Part shown: positions 9,289 to 19,575 of the stretch, piece by piece
How positions within the stretch are numbered: the stretch's first letter is position 1
Layout: each line of letters opens with the position of its first letter
NCBI GenBank assembly: GCA_963768305.1
Contig: CAVYHE010000013.1
Coordinates: 23,353-87,352, forward strand
From: an uncultured bacterium
GTDB lineage: Bacteria > Margulisbacteria > WOR-1 > CAVSGV01
Length of the DNA stretch: 64,000 nt
Direction: 5' to 3'
Made by a program: the position numbers and the translations under genes
The notes under the pieces: generated by a model
The model's database searches: none
Told to the model about the DNA's origin: nothing
Seen by the model: the letters and a program-made list of their open reading frames with translations, nothing else

Positions 9289-9719
9289 CTTTCCTTTTCG
9301 CTTTCCCGAAGGAACTTCTGCTCCCAGATCTGAAGCAATTGTATCACTATCAACGCAAGCACGGTCGTTGCCGTGGCTATAGAATATAACCCCGCTCCAA
9401 CGGCCAGCCCGATGGCCGCGCACACCCAAATGGAAGCCGCAGTGGTGAGTCCGCGGACATTGTTGCCCGATTGGAATATAGTGCCCGCTCCGATAAAGCC
9501 TATGCCGGTGACCACGCATGAAGCGATCCTGGATGGATCTCCGCCGTTCATGCCCTTTACCATTTCGATCGAGACAAGAGTGAATAACGTGGAACCAAGG
9601 CACACAAGCGTGTGAGTGCGCAGTCCCGCCGCTTTCTTTTTTATTTCCCTGACATATCCTATTGCGGCGCCGAAGATCAATGCGAGAAGAAGCCTCAGGA
9701 TCATTTCATATTCCGCCAT
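9282..9719 (-). CDS. MgtC/SapB family membrane protein
   Basis: AGLRTH, DPSRIA, GIGFIGAG, GLTTAASIW. Confidence 0.93.
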   Translation of the reverse strand: MAEYEMILRLLLALIFGAAIGYVREIKKKAAGLRTHTLVCLGSTLFTLVSIEMVKGMNGGDPSRIASCVVTGIGFIGAGTIFQSGNNVRGLTTAASIWVCAAIGLAVGAGLYSIATATTVLALIVIQLLQIWEQKFLRESEKESQ

Positions 9720-9730
9720 ATTATTGCCTC

Positions 9731-10811
<1,081 letters not shown>

Positions 10812-10842
10812 GTTTTTATTTTATCTGAAAAGGCGGAGATTT

Positions 10843-11868
10843 TCAATTGCTAACCCTGAAGTTCAGTATATCGCCGTCCTCGACCATGTAGTCGCGGCCT
10901 TTAAGGTGGAATTTGCCGAGCTCTTTCAGCTTTGCCTCGGAGCCGGCGGCCACAAGATCGTCGAATTTGCACATTTCCGCGCGGACAAATTTCTTTTCGA
11001 TGTCCGTGTGGATTACGGAGCCCGCTTCAGCTGCGAGCGCGCCTTTCCTAACAGGCCAAGCTTTCACTTCATCAGTTCCCACCGTAAAATATGAGATCAA
11101 TCCCAGCCCCGCGAAAGCCATCTGGTTCATTTTATCCAAAGCAGATTCCTTAATTCCCATTTCTTCCATGAAAGCCATTCTATCAGCTTCATCCAGCTGG
11201 CTTATTTCTTGTTCTAATTTTGCTGAGACTTGTATAGCCTTCAGGCCGGTCCTTGAAGATATCGCCGATGATATGGAATTATCATTGATCTTGTCATCAG
11301 GAACATTGATCACGACGAATACCGGTTTCATTGTTAGGAACTGGTAAGTTTTAAGCGCCGTTATTTCATCAGGCGTAAAAGCATGCTCGCGGATGGGCCT
11401 TTCTTTTTCAAGCTGCGCCTTGCATGTTTTCATAAGAGCTTCTTCCTTTGCCCTTGCTTCCAGGAATTTCCTTTTCTGGTCCCTTTCAATATTTTCCAGC
11501 CTTTTTTCAACCGCTATAGTGTCATTAATAAGCAGCTCTGAAAAGAAATGTGAAACATCGGCTTCGGCATTATCCGAATTGGCGACCCAGCAGATCTCGT
11601 CGCAATTTTTCAACTCCTTGAACACCATGTCTTTTGCGGGGCCCTGGAGATTAAAATCAGGAAGAAGAGTGTATTCAATGCGCGCATATGACTTTTTCGC
11701 GGGCTTGAACATTTCGATCAGCTTTGTTAGCCTTAGGTCCTTCACTTCACAGATGCCGATCTGCGCTTCCATAGGCTTCAGTTTTATCGTTTCAACAGGA
11801 ATGCGGGTCAATAGGCTGAAAAGCTCCTGCTGTCCGGATTGCGGGGAGCCGAGGATTACTATCTTCAC
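10843..11868 (-). CDS. YchF-like protein (DUF933 C-terminus) with degenerate P-loop
   Basis: D.RL..L..F.P.K, LTMKP, LISYFTVG.DEVKAW, IHTD, GRDY.VEDGDI; P-loop position reads GSPQSGQQ. Confidence 0.85.
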   Translation of the reverse strand: MKIVILGSPQSGQQELFSLLTRIPVETIKLKPMEAQIGICEVKDLRLTKLIEMFKPAKKSYARIEYTLLPDFNLQGPAKDMVFKELKNCDEICWVANSDNAEADVSHFFSELLINDTIAVEKRLENIERDQKRKFLEARAKEEALMKTCKAQLEKERPIREHAFTPDEITALKTYQFLTMKPVFVVINVPDDKINDNSISSAISSRTGLKAIQVSAKLEQEISQLDEADRMAFMEEMGIKESALDKMNQMAFAGLGLISYFTVGTDEVKAWPVRKGALAAEAGSVIHTDIEKKFVRAEMCKFDDLVAAGSEAKLKELGKFHLKGRDYMVEDGDILNFRVSN

Positions 11869-12371
11869 TTAAGGGCGAAACCGCCGTGTTTCTTGAAGTG
11901 CTCCACAAGTCCTCCGTCGGCGAGAAGGATCTGCATTGTTTTCGGTATCGGACTTATCTTGAGGGTTGTTCCTTTTGTGATGTTCGTTATGGTCCCGGCG
12001 TCAAGATCAACTTCAAGTTCATCATTGTCGGATATTTTGTCCGTGTCGCATTCTATCGCCGGAAGTCCAAGATTGAAGCAATTCCTGTAAAATATCCTCG
12101 CGAAAGACTTTGCAAGGACCGCCGAAAGCCCCGCATATTTGATTGCCATCGGCGCCTGTTCGCGGCTTGAGCCGCAGCCGAAATTGCTGCCCGCAACAAT
12201 GAAGTCACCCTTTTTGATCTTAGAATAGAAGTTCGGGTCCAGGTCTTCCATGACGTGCTTTGCCAGCTCCGCCGGGTCCTGTATCTTGAATTTGTACCGG
12301 CCGGATATTATGTAGTCCGTGTTGATGTCATCGCTCTGGGGAAGCCGCAACCCTCTGCCTTTTAATATCAT
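11865..12371 (-). CDS. leuD: 3-isopropylmalate dehydratase/homoaconitase small subunit
   Basis: [27 protein letters not shown]. Confidence 0.92.
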   Translation of the reverse strand: MILKGRGLRLPQSDDINTDYIISGRYKFKIQDPAELAKHVMEDLDPNFYSKIKKGDFIVAGSNFGCGSSREQAPMAIKYAGLSAVLAKSFARIFYRNCFNLGLPAIECDTDKISDNDELEVDLDAGTITNITKGTTLKISPIPKTMQILLADGGLVEHFKKHGGFALK

Positions 12372-12391
12372 TGCGAGACCATTATATCATT

Positions 12392-12697
12392 TTAGCGGAT
12401 ATTTAGAAATTTCTTTATGGCTTTGCCGTAAAGCCTGGTCTTTGCGATCGTCCTGAACGTAAGGAACAATATAATTATTCCGACGAACCCGGATATCGCG
12501 CTGGATAGCGCGGAAAATGGAATATCAGGAATTTTATAATCCTTTAAAATACCAATGGTCCCTTTCGTTTTTTCTTCGAAGTTAAGGTTTGCCGCGACTT
12601 TTTCAAGCCCGTCTGGATGCGATGAAGCGAAAAATCCCGCAAGCGAAGCGATTGCGACAGCTATAATAAAAATTATTAATATCGTCTTATTTTTCGT
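12392..12697 (-). CDS. PDGLE-domain (NikN-like) membrane protein, not in the ORF track; apparent start codon is ACG
   Basis: 101-codon frame (T/M)KNKTILIIFIIAVAIASLAGFFASSHPDGLEKVA...; GGAGA SD; overlaps the cbiM stop. Confidence 0.8.
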   Translation of the reverse strand, partial: TKNKTILIIFIIAVAIASLAGFFASSHPDGLEKVAANLNFEEKTKGTIGILKDYKIPDIPFSALSSAISGFVGIIILFLTFRTIAKTRLYGKAIKKFLNIR

Positions 12698-13418
12698 TTT
12701 TTATCTCTCCTTCAAGCTTAAAACCGGTCGATCTCAGGAGATTGATGGCCAAGACGGTTATCAGCGCCTCAGCCATGCCGATCACTGCGTGAACGGATGC
12801 CATGGCGGGAAGTATCCTTGAAAGTTCGATGGTCCCTGACAATGAAATTTCCAATGAACATGCGACCGATGCTAGAAGAACTGAAAAAAATGCGGCGATC
12901 CCTGCGCCGGCAAAAAATCCGAAATCCGACCTTATCAGTTTATGGATAATATAATAAATGTAATATGAGGCAAGCGCGCCGACCACAGCCATATTGATAA
13001 TGTTCGCACCAATCGCCATTAATCCTCCGTCGGCGAACAATATCGATTGAACTACAAGAACTGCGGATATCGCCAGGGCTCCTGAGAACGGCCCCAACGC
13101 TATTGCTGCGATCACGCCTCCCAAAATATGTCCCGAAGTTCCGTTATTGATCGGGAAATTGAACATCTGCGCCGCGAATATCAATGAAGCGATGGCTCCC
13201 ATTTTCATGATATGATTTTCGGCAAAAGTTGACATCAGTCTTTTTGAATTTTCAGTTATGTTGCAGCCGATGTTCCCCGCTCCGGCAAGCACCGATTCGG
13301 GAACAAGCGCCGACAGCGCCTGCTTCACTTTCGCCAAACAATAGCCAAGAACTCCTGCGGCAGCGAATGAAGCTCCGGCGGAAACCTTTGGATCAAGAAG
13401 GCCGTTAGGTATATGCAT
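12687..13418 (-). CDS. ECF-type Ni/Co transporter substrate component CbiM/NikM
   Basis: N-terminal MHIPNG, IFAAQM.NFPI..GTSGH, Q..LFADGG. Confidence 0.92.
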   Translation of the reverse strand: MHIPNGLLDPKVSAGASFAAAGVLGYCLAKVKQALSALVPESVLAGAGNIGCNITENSKRLMSTFAENHIMKMGAIASLIFAAQMFNFPINNGTSGHILGGVIAAIALGPFSGALAISAVLVVQSILFADGGLMAIGANIINMAVVGALASYYIYYIIHKLIRSDFGFFAGAGIAAFFSVLLASVACSLEISLSGTIELSRILPAMASVHAVIGMAEALITVLAINLLRSTGFKLEGEIKNEK

Positions 13419-14183
13419 TTATTGTTCTCCCGGATAGTCCAGATTATATGTCGCGCCAAAAACGAAATTCGAGCTTGATGAGTTCTCATTAAGGCCGCAT
13501 CCGATCGCGGTATCCAGGACCAGTTTCGGGCCGACCCGCCAGTTGATGCCGACAGCAGTCTCTCCGAAGATATCGCCGGTATAAGTATTTTTGCTGTACT
13601 GGATCTCTCCCGTGAAGTTGATGGCGCCGTTCATAGGCTTGACTATGGCGGCATTGTAAAGGATGAAATCGTTCTCCGGCTGGCCGGCCGGTTCGTCATC
13701 AAAAGTATATCCGAAATTGAGCAGATACGTGCAAAATCCGATGTCGTGTGAATATATGAGCATGTTAGTTATATCACTTTTGTTGTTATTAAGGCCATTG
13801 CCGGTATCGCTCGATTTAAGCTGTACCCCAAGAAGATACGCGGTTGAAACTTTTCCGTCGCCTCCGGTGAAGAAATTGTATTTAACATTGAAGGTGCCGT
13901 TGCTCAGGCCGTCAAAATTGCCGCCTTCCGCCTGCCTGCTGATGTAGGGAAGCGTCAGGGAAAGTTCAGTGTTCTGGTTGAGTCCGTATCTTGCGGTGGT
14001 GATAACCTCGGAAAAACCGCTGTTGTCCCTCTGCGACTGCAACAGCAGGCCGCTTTCTATGATTATATGAGTGAACGGGGTTATGACGGTATCGGCGGTG
14101 TAAAGGGGGCGCGTGGCATAGGCAAAGTTAAAAGGAAAAAGTAAAAAGGTAAAAATACAGGTTAAAAGTAAAAAGCTTTTCAT
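13419..14183 (-). CDS. Exported putative outer-membrane beta-barrel (transporter-like)
   Basis: Signal peptide, RPLYTAD, alternating beta-strand pattern, terminal FGATYNL. Confidence 0.65.
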   Translation of the reverse strand: MKSFLLLTCIFTFLLFPFNFAYATRPLYTADTVITPFTHIIIESGLLLQSQRDNSGFSEVITTARYGLNQNTELSLTLPYISRQAEGGNFDGLSNGTFNVKYNFFTGGDGKVSTAYLLGVQLKSSDTGNGLNNNKSDITNMLIYSHDIGFCTYLLNFGYTFDDEPAGQPENDFILYNAAIVKPMNGAINFTGEIQYSKNTYTGDIFGETAVGINWRVGPKLVLDTAIGCGLNENSSSSNFVFGATYNLDYPGEQ

Positions 14184-14198
14184 TTTATTTATCTCCTT

Positions 14199-14603
14199 TC
14201 ATGTTGTCGTTATGGTCAGCTTTCCGTGCTTGACGCCTTTTGTGCTTATCAGCTTGTCCGATATCTGTTTAATGTCCGCTGCTTTTCCTTTAACAATAAG
14301 CACTTCCATGCAGTTGTGCTCGTCCAGGTGCACATGAACAGTTGATATTATTTGATCGTGGAAATGATGCTGGATTTGGTTGAGATCGTCGGTAAGATCG
14401 TGAATTTCGTGGCTGTAAACTATCGTGATCGTGCCGATGACCTCTTTCGAGCCGAGCTTAACATTCTCCTCGACGATCAAATTCCTAATAAGGTCCCGGA
14501 TGGCTTCCGATCTGTTGGGATATCCCTTTTTATCGATTATCTTGTCAAATGTCTTTATAAGTCCCTGCTCCATCGATACGCCGAATCTCTCAAGATTTGA
14601 CAT
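14199..14603 (-). CDS. nikR: Nickel-responsive transcriptional regulator
   Basis: RFGVSM, GYPNRSEAIRDLIR, HVHLDEHNCME, GVKHGKL. Confidence 0.96.
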   Translation of the reverse strand: MSNLERFGVSMEQGLIKTFDKIIDKKGYPNRSEAIRDLIRNLIVEENVKLGSKEVIGTITIVYSHEIHDLTDDLNQIQHHFHDQIISTVHVHLDEHNCMEVLIVKGKAADIKQISDKLISTKGVKHGKLTITTT

Positions 14604-14604
14604 G

Positions 14605-14641
14605 GTAGCACGAATTATAAAAGAAGTGGCACGAATGTCAA
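14605..14641 (-). promoter_or_regulatory. nikR promoter with overlapping candidate NikR operator
   Basis: TTGACA-N16-TATAAT 10 nt before ATG; GTGCCAC-N14-GTGCTAC direct repeat flanks the -10. Confidence 0.65.
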
Positions 14642-14705
14642 GCGTTTTAAAACTTCATGCCCGCCAGCAGGTTATATGCCGACAATAAAAATATCAATTA
14701 TTACT

Positions 14706-15536
14706 TTAAACCATATCTTCCTTTCCAAATCCCATTAATGAAATGAAAGACGTATATATCAGGAGCAGGACTGGAATAGATGCGAAGCATACAACTATGA
14801 ACGGTCCTGTCGGCAGGTCCAATCTATAGCTTATGGCCATTGCAATAAAGCTCATCACAAAGCCGAAAGCCCATCCGAACATCAATCTGTCCCTGATGGT
14901 CTTGAAAAAGTAAGTGCTTACAAGAGCCGGCACTATCAGGTATGAAAAGACCTGAAGAACTCCCGCTATGCTCACCGACGAAGTTATCACTACGCCGAAA
15001 AGGATATAGAACATTAGGTCCCACACCATAGTTTTCCTGGCATCCTTGTTGAAAGATGCGTCAATGAACTGTCTTCTGTATATATAATGTATCGCGCCCA
15101 CAATGGCATAGATGACAGCTGTCCTTGCCACATCTCCCCACGTTACCCAAAGTATCTGCCCCGCCAGAAGATCCTTCACGTATTCCATTCCGTGAGCCAT
15201 TTTTTCCGCAGCGACCACAACAGCGGCCGAAGACAGCGCAAAAACTATCCCAATGACCGCTTCTTGAGGGAACACGCTCTCATGCCTCCTTGAAAGCGCG
15301 AATATGCCGGAAGCAACAAATGTCATCAAGAGCGCTAAAAAGTAAACGGGGGTCGAATGGGCCTGGAAGCCCAGCAAAAGCCCCAAAGCGATCCCGAACG
15401 CAGCTACCTGCGCAAGGCTCAGATCCACGAAGATTATCCCCCGTTCAAGCACGTGAAGCCCAAGATAACAGTGGATACCGGCCAGGATCAGCGACATCAC
15501 AAATGGAGCGAGAAGAAAAAGTGTGGCTTCTCTCAT
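14706..15536 (-). CDS. Metal (Zn/Mn) ABC transporter permease, ZnuB-like
   Basis: LG.HVL.RGIIFVDLSLAQ, EAVIG, GVLQVFSYLIVPA, DLPTGP. Confidence 0.9.
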   Translation of the reverse strand: MREATLFLLAPFVMSLILAGIHCYLGLHVLERGIIFVDLSLAQVAAFGIALGLLLGFQAHSTPVYFLALLMTFVASGIFALSRRHESVFPQEAVIGIVFALSSAAVVVAAEKMAHGMEYVKDLLAGQILWVTWGDVARTAVIYAIVGAIHYIYRRQFIDASFNKDARKTMVWDLMFYILFGVVITSSVSIAGVLQVFSYLIVPALVSTYFFKTIRDRLMFGWAFGFVMSFIAMAISYRLDLPTGPFIVVCFASIPVLLLIYTSFISLMGFGKEDMV

Positions 15537-16456
15537 TATTTGCCTCCTTCGATGACCGAAACCAGATATTCGTAAAGGTCATCCAATGTTTTGATCGAAA
15601 GCGCTCCTCCAACTTCCACGGGCACGGTCACGGCCCTTGAACCTGGCACCTCGCGCACTACCCTGTCAGCAAAAGAAGCGTCATAGAAATTCTCGACCAC
15701 GATCAATTTAATTTTCTGTTCCTTCGCGACATTGATAACCTCCATTATGTGCTGCGCCGTGGGCGGGATGCCGGGCTTCGGCTCAAGGTTAATAGGATTG
15801 TCTATGCCGAACCTGTCGCAGAAATAATTCAAAGTCTTGTGATAAGTGATGATCTTTGTTACCCCCGCTCTAGCTATCCTTGCCTGCCAGAGTTTTGTTT
15901 TTTCATCAAGCCTGCTTTTAAGTTTATCGGCGTTCTTTTTGTAAACCGCCGCATTGTCAGGATCCAGTTCGCCGAGACGGTCAGCGATGGCGACCGCAAC
16001 CTGGCCAGCGCGGATAGGGTCCAGCAGGAAATGCGGATTTCCGAAAGGATGGATATCGCCTTCCGCCCTTGTTACTTTGGTTGTCGGAAGTTCAATGGGC
16101 TTAATGAATGAGCCGGCCTCAAAATAGCCTGCGGTTCCTGGCATGACCTTCGGATTTCTCGCTCCCTGCAGTATGGGAGGCAGCCAGCCTACTTCAAGCT
16201 CAAGGCCGGTCGAAACTACCAAGTCCGCATGGTTCACTTTCACCATGAAAGAAGGCTTTGCCTCCAGAAAGTGAGGGTCCTGCGTCCCTTTTGCCAGGGA
16301 CTGGACGGAAACATTGTCTCCTCCGACCTCGGAAACTATGGCGGCCAGGTCGGGAGTGGTGGTTACCACATTAAGCTTTGCTTCTGCGTGCGACGATAAT
16401 GTTAATAAAACTATGAGGCCAAGAGCGGCGACTGAATATTTAATAATATTTGTCAT
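15536..16456 (-). CDS. Metal ABC transporter substrate-binding protein (ZnuA/TroA family)
   Basis: Signal peptide, DPHF.EAKP, GNPHFLLDP, YHK, EPKPGIPPT. Confidence 0.92.
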   Translation of the reverse strand: MTNIIKYSVAALGLIVLLTLSSHAEAKLNVVTTTPDLAAIVSEVGGDNVSVQSLAKGTQDPHFLEAKPSFMVKVNHADLVVSTGLELEVGWLPPILQGARNPKVMPGTAGYFEAGSFIKPIELPTTKVTRAEGDIHPFGNPHFLLDPIRAGQVAVAIADRLGELDPDNAAVYKKNADKLKSRLDEKTKLWQARIARAGVTKIITYHKTLNYFCDRFGIDNPINLEPKPGIPPTAQHIMEVINVAKEQKIKLIVVENFYDASFADRVVREVPGSRAVTVPVEVGGALSIKTLDDLYEYLVSVIEGGK

Positions 16457-16473
16457 TTTATTTTCCCTCCTTT

Positions 16474-17550
16474 TTAATAAGAATGCGCGGGATGCGCGCC
16501 GATAGTGATGTTCATCTGTAAGGATATCTTGTCCTCCGCGGGCTTTATTCCATCATCCAGATGATCAAGCTGTAGCCTGAACCCGGAGAATTCCGAAGGC
16601 GAGTAGCTGAGCAGGTAGCTTTCCTTGCTTTGCGCCGGAATGTCTCCCTGCGTGTCCACGTAATCATAGCGGGCCTGCGCCCACCATTGTTCCGCGAACT
16701 TGTACTGCAGCCAGGATGATCCTCCGTTCAGGAATTCACCGTCAGGATCGCCGGCTATGTCGCCCGAAAGATATTCCAAAGTGAAATTAAGCGCCCTGTA
16801 TTTGCCTCCTTCCAGCGGCTGCCATTTAAAGGTGACATCAGAGCCGTAAACGTGAGTATATTTGTCGTAGCTGTTGGCGCCGTAAAGGCCAGTCAGCCCC
16901 CAATCCATGGTCAGCTCATCCGAAAGGTCCCAAAGATTCCTCAAATGAAGAAGAGCAGGATGGCTGTTCCTGTTCGTGTTGTTGAAGAGTATCTCGTTCT
17001 GCCCTTGGAGGACCTGCGCCGTCACCTCACTGAACCAGTTGACCGGCATAAGGGCTGCCGCCGAAACGCCTACTTCGTTCAGGCTGTCACCAACCAGCCT
17101 CTGGTCTATAAGCGATGCATCTATGAACGGAAGAGCATGCGTGTGCATCAAGTTTTGCCTGTCCAGCGACGCCTTGAACTTTCCTATCTTGAACGTAATG
17201 TTCGGGATGTCGGTGGTCTCAACGAACACCTCTTCCGGATCTATCCCGAATTCGGATGTCGGCGTGCTCTGGCTGATGGAGAGGAGGACGTTAGCACGGA
17301 AATACGGGTCGACGTCAGAGAAGAATTGCAGCTCGGCTTCCTGTAGGGAAAATCCGTTCGCTTCGCCCGGGAAATCGATTAAATTGCCGCCCCTGTTGCT
17401 GCTCTGGTAAAGGGTCAGGAAATTGACCGACATATCCGGGTTTGCGTACTTTGAATTAACATCGGTATCCGCAAAAACCGTTGAGCCGGCCAGGATGACA
17501 AGGCCGATCACAATTAATGAGTATTTAATCAAATTAATAATATAGGACAT
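16474..17550 (-). CDS. Putative outer-membrane porin associated with metal uptake
   Basis: Signal peptide, EAEL....VDPYF, N.MHTH.LPF.D, terminal IGAHPAHSY. Confidence 0.75.
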   Translation of the reverse strand: MSYIINLIKYSLIVIGLVILAGSTVFADTDVNSKYANPDMSVNFLTLYQSSNRGGNLIDFPGEANGFSLQEAELQFFSDVDPYFRANVLLSISQSTPTSEFGIDPEEVFVETTDIPNITFKIGKFKASLDRQNLMHTHALPFIDASLIDQRLVGDSLNEVGVSAAALMPVNWFSEVTAQVLQGQNEILFNNTNRNSHPALLHLRNLWDLSDELTMDWGLTGLYGANSYDKYTHVYGSDVTFKWQPLEGGKYRALNFTLEYLSGDIAGDPDGEFLNGGSSWLQYKFAEQWWAQARYDYVDTQGDIPAQSKESYLLSYSPSEFSGFRLQLDHLDDGIKPAEDKISLQMNITIGAHPAHSY

Positions 17551-17633
17551 CGAATCCTCCTTTGTATATAAATTATTCCTTGTTAAGAAATTAACTTAGG
17601 TTCCGGAAATTATTCTTTGAGGATCTTTAAGGG

Positions 17634-17915
17634 TCAGGCCGGGACAGGAGGGGCGCGGGAGGAGAAAAGAGATAAAATGATCCGGTCGCATGAAATTAAA
17701 GGAAGAAATAATAAGCCGATCAAAAATGCGACAACAAAAATTATTTCAGGGCTGTTCGATATTATCTGAATGCATTGATCCCATTGGCAGATAAGGCAGT
17801 CATCATGATCCTTTGCGTCAAAGCCATGGGAATGTAACAGCGGATGGAAAAGCATTAAAAATGAATATACGATTATTACGAAGGCGAATATAAGCTTATA
17901 TTTTTTTGTTATCAT
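17634..17915 (-). CDS. Small DUF2946-like protein (His/CxxC, C-terminal RAPP)
   Basis: HSH...HDDCLIC and SRAPP, typical of small genes upstream of metal-uptake outer-membrane proteins. Confidence 0.7.
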   Translation of the reverse strand: MITKKYKLIFAFVIIVYSFLMLFHPLLHSHGFDAKDHDDCLICQWDQCIQIISNSPEIIFVVAFLIGLLFLPLISCDRIILSLFSSRAPPVPA

Positions 17916-17931
17916 ATTTATATATTCAGTC

Positions 17932-18666
17932 CTACACAAAGCGCGTGACGATATAAATGAAGATCACTCCCAATACGGTAAGCCCTATCAGCTGATATGA
18001 ACTCCGGTCGCTGTGAGCTTCCGGCAATATGTCGCTCGCTCCTATATAGAGCAGGAATCCCGCAAAAAATCCCAAATATAAAACCATAAAACGGGCAGAA
18101 GCTCTAAAAAGTAACGTAGATGCGGCGCCCAGAACAGGAGTTACGGAATCAAGCAGCAAAAGCATCAAGGATCTTTTCATCTGGTTCTTGTGGTTCAGCA
18201 TCAATGTTACGGTATTCATTCCGTCCGTGAAATCATGGGAGATCACGGCTATCGCGACAAGCAAACCTATCGCGTAATTGACCTGGAAACCAAGGCCTAT
18301 GCCTACACCGTCCATAAAGCTGTGTCCGGCAAGCGCCAGCGCAGAGATGACCCCCACTTGCGGATGCTTATGCTTGGCATATTCGTCTTCATGGGCATGA
18401 TGGATAAGAATGCTTTTTTCAAGTATATGGAAAAGCAAAAAACCCGCGACCAGGGCGATCATCGCTTCAGTCGGGTTGAAATCATTTGTTTTTATTTGAT
18501 CGATTATTTCCGGGAAAATATCAAAGCTTACTACCGCGAGAAGGACGCCTGCCGCGAAGGCCATCAGGGGATGAAGCTTGTCCTTGAACCTGACGGCGAA
18601 CAACCCGCCCAGAAGCGTTGAAAAAAATGTCGCCGTGGAAAAAATGATCGGCATTAAATGCACCAT
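17932..18666 (-). CDS. ZIP family metal transporter
   Basis: AFAAGVLL, His-rich loop, HSFMDG, HDFTDG, DILPEAH. Confidence 0.92.
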   Translation of the reverse strand: MVHLMPIIFSTATFFSTLLGGLFAVRFKDKLHPLMAFAAGVLLAVVSFDIFPEIIDQIKTNDFNPTEAMIALVAGFLLFHILEKSILIHHAHEDEYAKHKHPQVGVISALALAGHSFMDGVGIGLGFQVNYAIGLLVAIAVISHDFTDGMNTVTLMLNHKNQMKRSLMLLLLDSVTPVLGAASTLLFRASARFMVLYLGFFAGFLLYIGASDILPEAHSDRSSYQLIGLTVLGVIFIYIVTRFV

Positions 18667-19278
18667 TTAATAATTATACGGCTCCTTTTCCGACCACTTC
18701 ATTATATAAGGGTCTGTCGGCTCGGGCAAGCTTTCTATCCTGTCCGGAGCCAGGTACCACTCGTTAACAAGCCTGCTGTCTGTGATATAAACCTGCTGTG
18801 AGGAAAGGCTGATATTGTTATATTGTTCGTTCGAGGAAGAAGTCCTTTTTTGCAAATGGCCGTATATCTTTACCCACTTGCCCGTTTCCAGACGCGCCGT
18901 ATTCGCGTCAGGGAACCTTATCCCGACCGCCAAAGCATCCGCGGCGCAGCAAACAATAACGATCCGGACCAGCCCGCATTCATGGTTTTTTGCCAGGTCG
19001 GCGTTCTTGTATACGATCCCCCGGACAACATAGTTATTGCTCAATTTATCTGGATCCTTGCTGCCGGCGATAACATATAATTCGCCTAAATTCAAACGGA
19101 CGTATTCTTTCCCTCCCAGCAATTCTCTTCCACTCACTCTTTCTGGGAAGATCGTGCTTCCCGAAACGGCGAAATTCGATGGCGTGGAAGCGCTGTCATT
19201 GGCATCGACGGCCTGCGCGGGGCAGGCCTGGACAATGGCCGTGAAGATTATACAAAAAATAAATAAACGTGTTTTCAT
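18667..19278 (-). CDS. DUF1980/YcgQ-like C-terminal domain with its own signal peptide
   Basis: RIVIVCCAADA, WVKIYG, PEPTDPY. Confidence 0.75.
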   Translation of the reverse strand: MKTRLFIFCIIFTAIVQACPAQAVDANDSASTPSNFAVSGSTIFPERVSGRELLGGKEYVRLNLGELYVIAGSKDPDKLSNNYVVRGIVYKNADLAKNHECGLVRIVIVCCAADALAVGIRFPDANTARLETGKWVKIYGHLQKRTSSSNEQYNNISLSSQQVYITDSRLVNEWYLAPDRIESLPEPTDPYIMKWSEKEPYNY

Positions 19279-19280
19279 GA

Positions 19281-19574
19281 TCAAAATGGCGTTTGGATCA
19301 AGTCGGGAACACCCAAAGTTTTGACCGGAACAAAATAGCATAAGAGCAAAAGCAGGACATACAGGGCGAGATAACCGAAGTTGGTCTCTTTCGGCGGATA
19401 AACGAGCTTATAAAGGCCGAGGAAGAGAAGCAATCCGGCGGAGATCATCGTGAAGACCTCGAATCTAGGATTGAGATACGCCGTATATGTTCCGCCGAAA
19501 GCCAGAACAAAAATGTGCACAGCAATTAGAACAATGTTCAATCCTTCGCCGTAACGCAGCGCTTTTATGAACAT
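19281..19574 (-). CDS. DUF1980/YcgQ-like N-terminal membrane domain
   Basis: Three TM segments with YLNPRF; lies between the permease and the CCAADA gene. Confidence 0.65.
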   Translation of the reverse strand: MFIKALRYGEGLNIVLIAVHIFVLAFGGTYTAYLNPRFEVFTMISAGLLLFLGLYKLVYPPKETNFGYLALYVLLLLLCYFVPVKTLGVPDLIQTPF

Positions 19575-19575
19575 G

